In this document: positions 63,783-64,000 of the stretch, in pieces
Layout: each line of letters opens with the position of its first letter
Numbering within the stretch: position 1 is the first letter of the stretch
Source of the DNA: an uncultured Collinsella sp.
GTDB taxonomy: Bacteria; Actinomycetota; Coriobacteriia; Coriobacteriales; Coriobacteriaceae
DNA: 64,000 nt
Reading direction: 5' to 3'
Assembly (NCBI GenBank): GCA_964602045.1
Contig: CAZRPL010000002.1
Location: 34,498 to 98,497 of the forward strand
Position numbers and translations under genes: made by a program
Notes under the pieces: generated by a model
What the model saw: only the letters and a program-made list of their open reading frames with translations
Databases searched by the model: none
Told to the model about the DNA's origin: nothing

Positions 63783-63806
63783 GAGATGTTGACGACACAA
63801 CATCTC
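63783..63806. promoter_or_regulatory. Candidate operator palindrome overlapping the -35 of the acpP promoter
   Basis: GAGATGTTG-ACGACA-CAACATCTC. On the minus strand it overlaps TCAACA, placed 16 nt upstream of TAAAAT. Confidence 0.4.
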
Positions 63807-63879
63807 TTCGCAGGAACTGCACAATACGGCAAAATGGCAGGTTACATAGCCGATATAAGCATATCGGTCGCTGGACGAG

Positions 63880-63930
63880 ATGGGGTCGGCTTCGATCTTG
63901 TCGCCGCGACAGGTTCGAACCCGGCCCCAT
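63880..63930. repeat. Imperfect 25-nt-arm palindrome (REP-like)
   Basis: ATGGGGTCGGCTTCGATCTTGTCGC versus the reverse complement of GCGACAGGTTCGAACCCGGCCCCAT; 4 mismatches. Shares the CTTGTCGC/GCGACAGG ends with 33006-33129. Confidence 0.6.
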
Positions 63931-63939
63931 TTTGCCGCG

Positions 63940-64000
63940 TTACTCGGTGCGCAGGGCGGTGACGGGGTCCTTCTTGGCGGCCATGCGACTCGGGGCGAGA
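63940..64000 (-). CDS. C-terminal end of an FtsX/MacB-type ABC permease (partial, continues beyond right edge)
   Basis: Hand translation gives ...LAPSRMAAKKDPVTALRTE-stop, the typical FtsX-family C-terminus. Confidence 0.6.
   Translation of the reverse strand, partial: LAPSRMAAKKDPVTALRTE

Overview
GC-rich chromosomal segment. Gene content suggests a Coriobacteriia/Eggerthellaceae-type actinobacterium: FabK-type FASII cluster, Ech-type hydrogenase, NRMT-type NRAMP, rpsF-ssb-rpsR-rplI-dnaB block. This taxonomic call is inference only. About 50 genes, roughly 90% on the minus strand.

Gene order, left to right:
- 5-prime 5.1 kb of a giant surface adhesin broken by one in-frame TAG
- a 1.2-kb repeat-filled spacer
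- purD-degV-purA and dnaB, with a DnaA-box-like cluster upstream of dnaB
- an LCP-family gene and a decayed low-GC ORF
- rplI-DUF2232-rpsR-ssb-rpsF, a membrane protein, two tRNA-Ser genes and lemA
- a low-GC DUF559-endonuclease islet flanked by inverted-repeat elements
- an NRMT-type NRAMP paired with a PRC/MgtE_N/CBS membrane protein
- two tandem polysaccharide-deacetylase paralogues
- PRC-barrel, YtxH and CphA-N-domain-like genes
- CNNM, hemolysin-III, DUF362 Fe-S and murE
- an SBP-permease fusion
- a six-module Ech-like [NiFe] hydrogenase, with the EchA and EchB modules fused
- fprA, an orphan IS3-like HTH gene and a degenerate EF-G paralogue
- a cobalamin-riboswitch-controlled DUF4430/ECF module
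- a MarR gene plus a complete acpP-acc-fab cluster
- a partial FtsX-type permease

I saw no rRNA, no convincing CRISPR array, no intact mobile element and no recognisable defence system.

The most promising leads are the NRMT plus degenerate-MgtE-like pair, the atypical Ech hydrogenase, the repeat-flanked DUF559 islet, and at least three families of long palindromic/inverted-repeat elements scattered through intergenic regions.

All family assignments rest on motif recognition by eye from the ORF track and hand translation. No searches were run.
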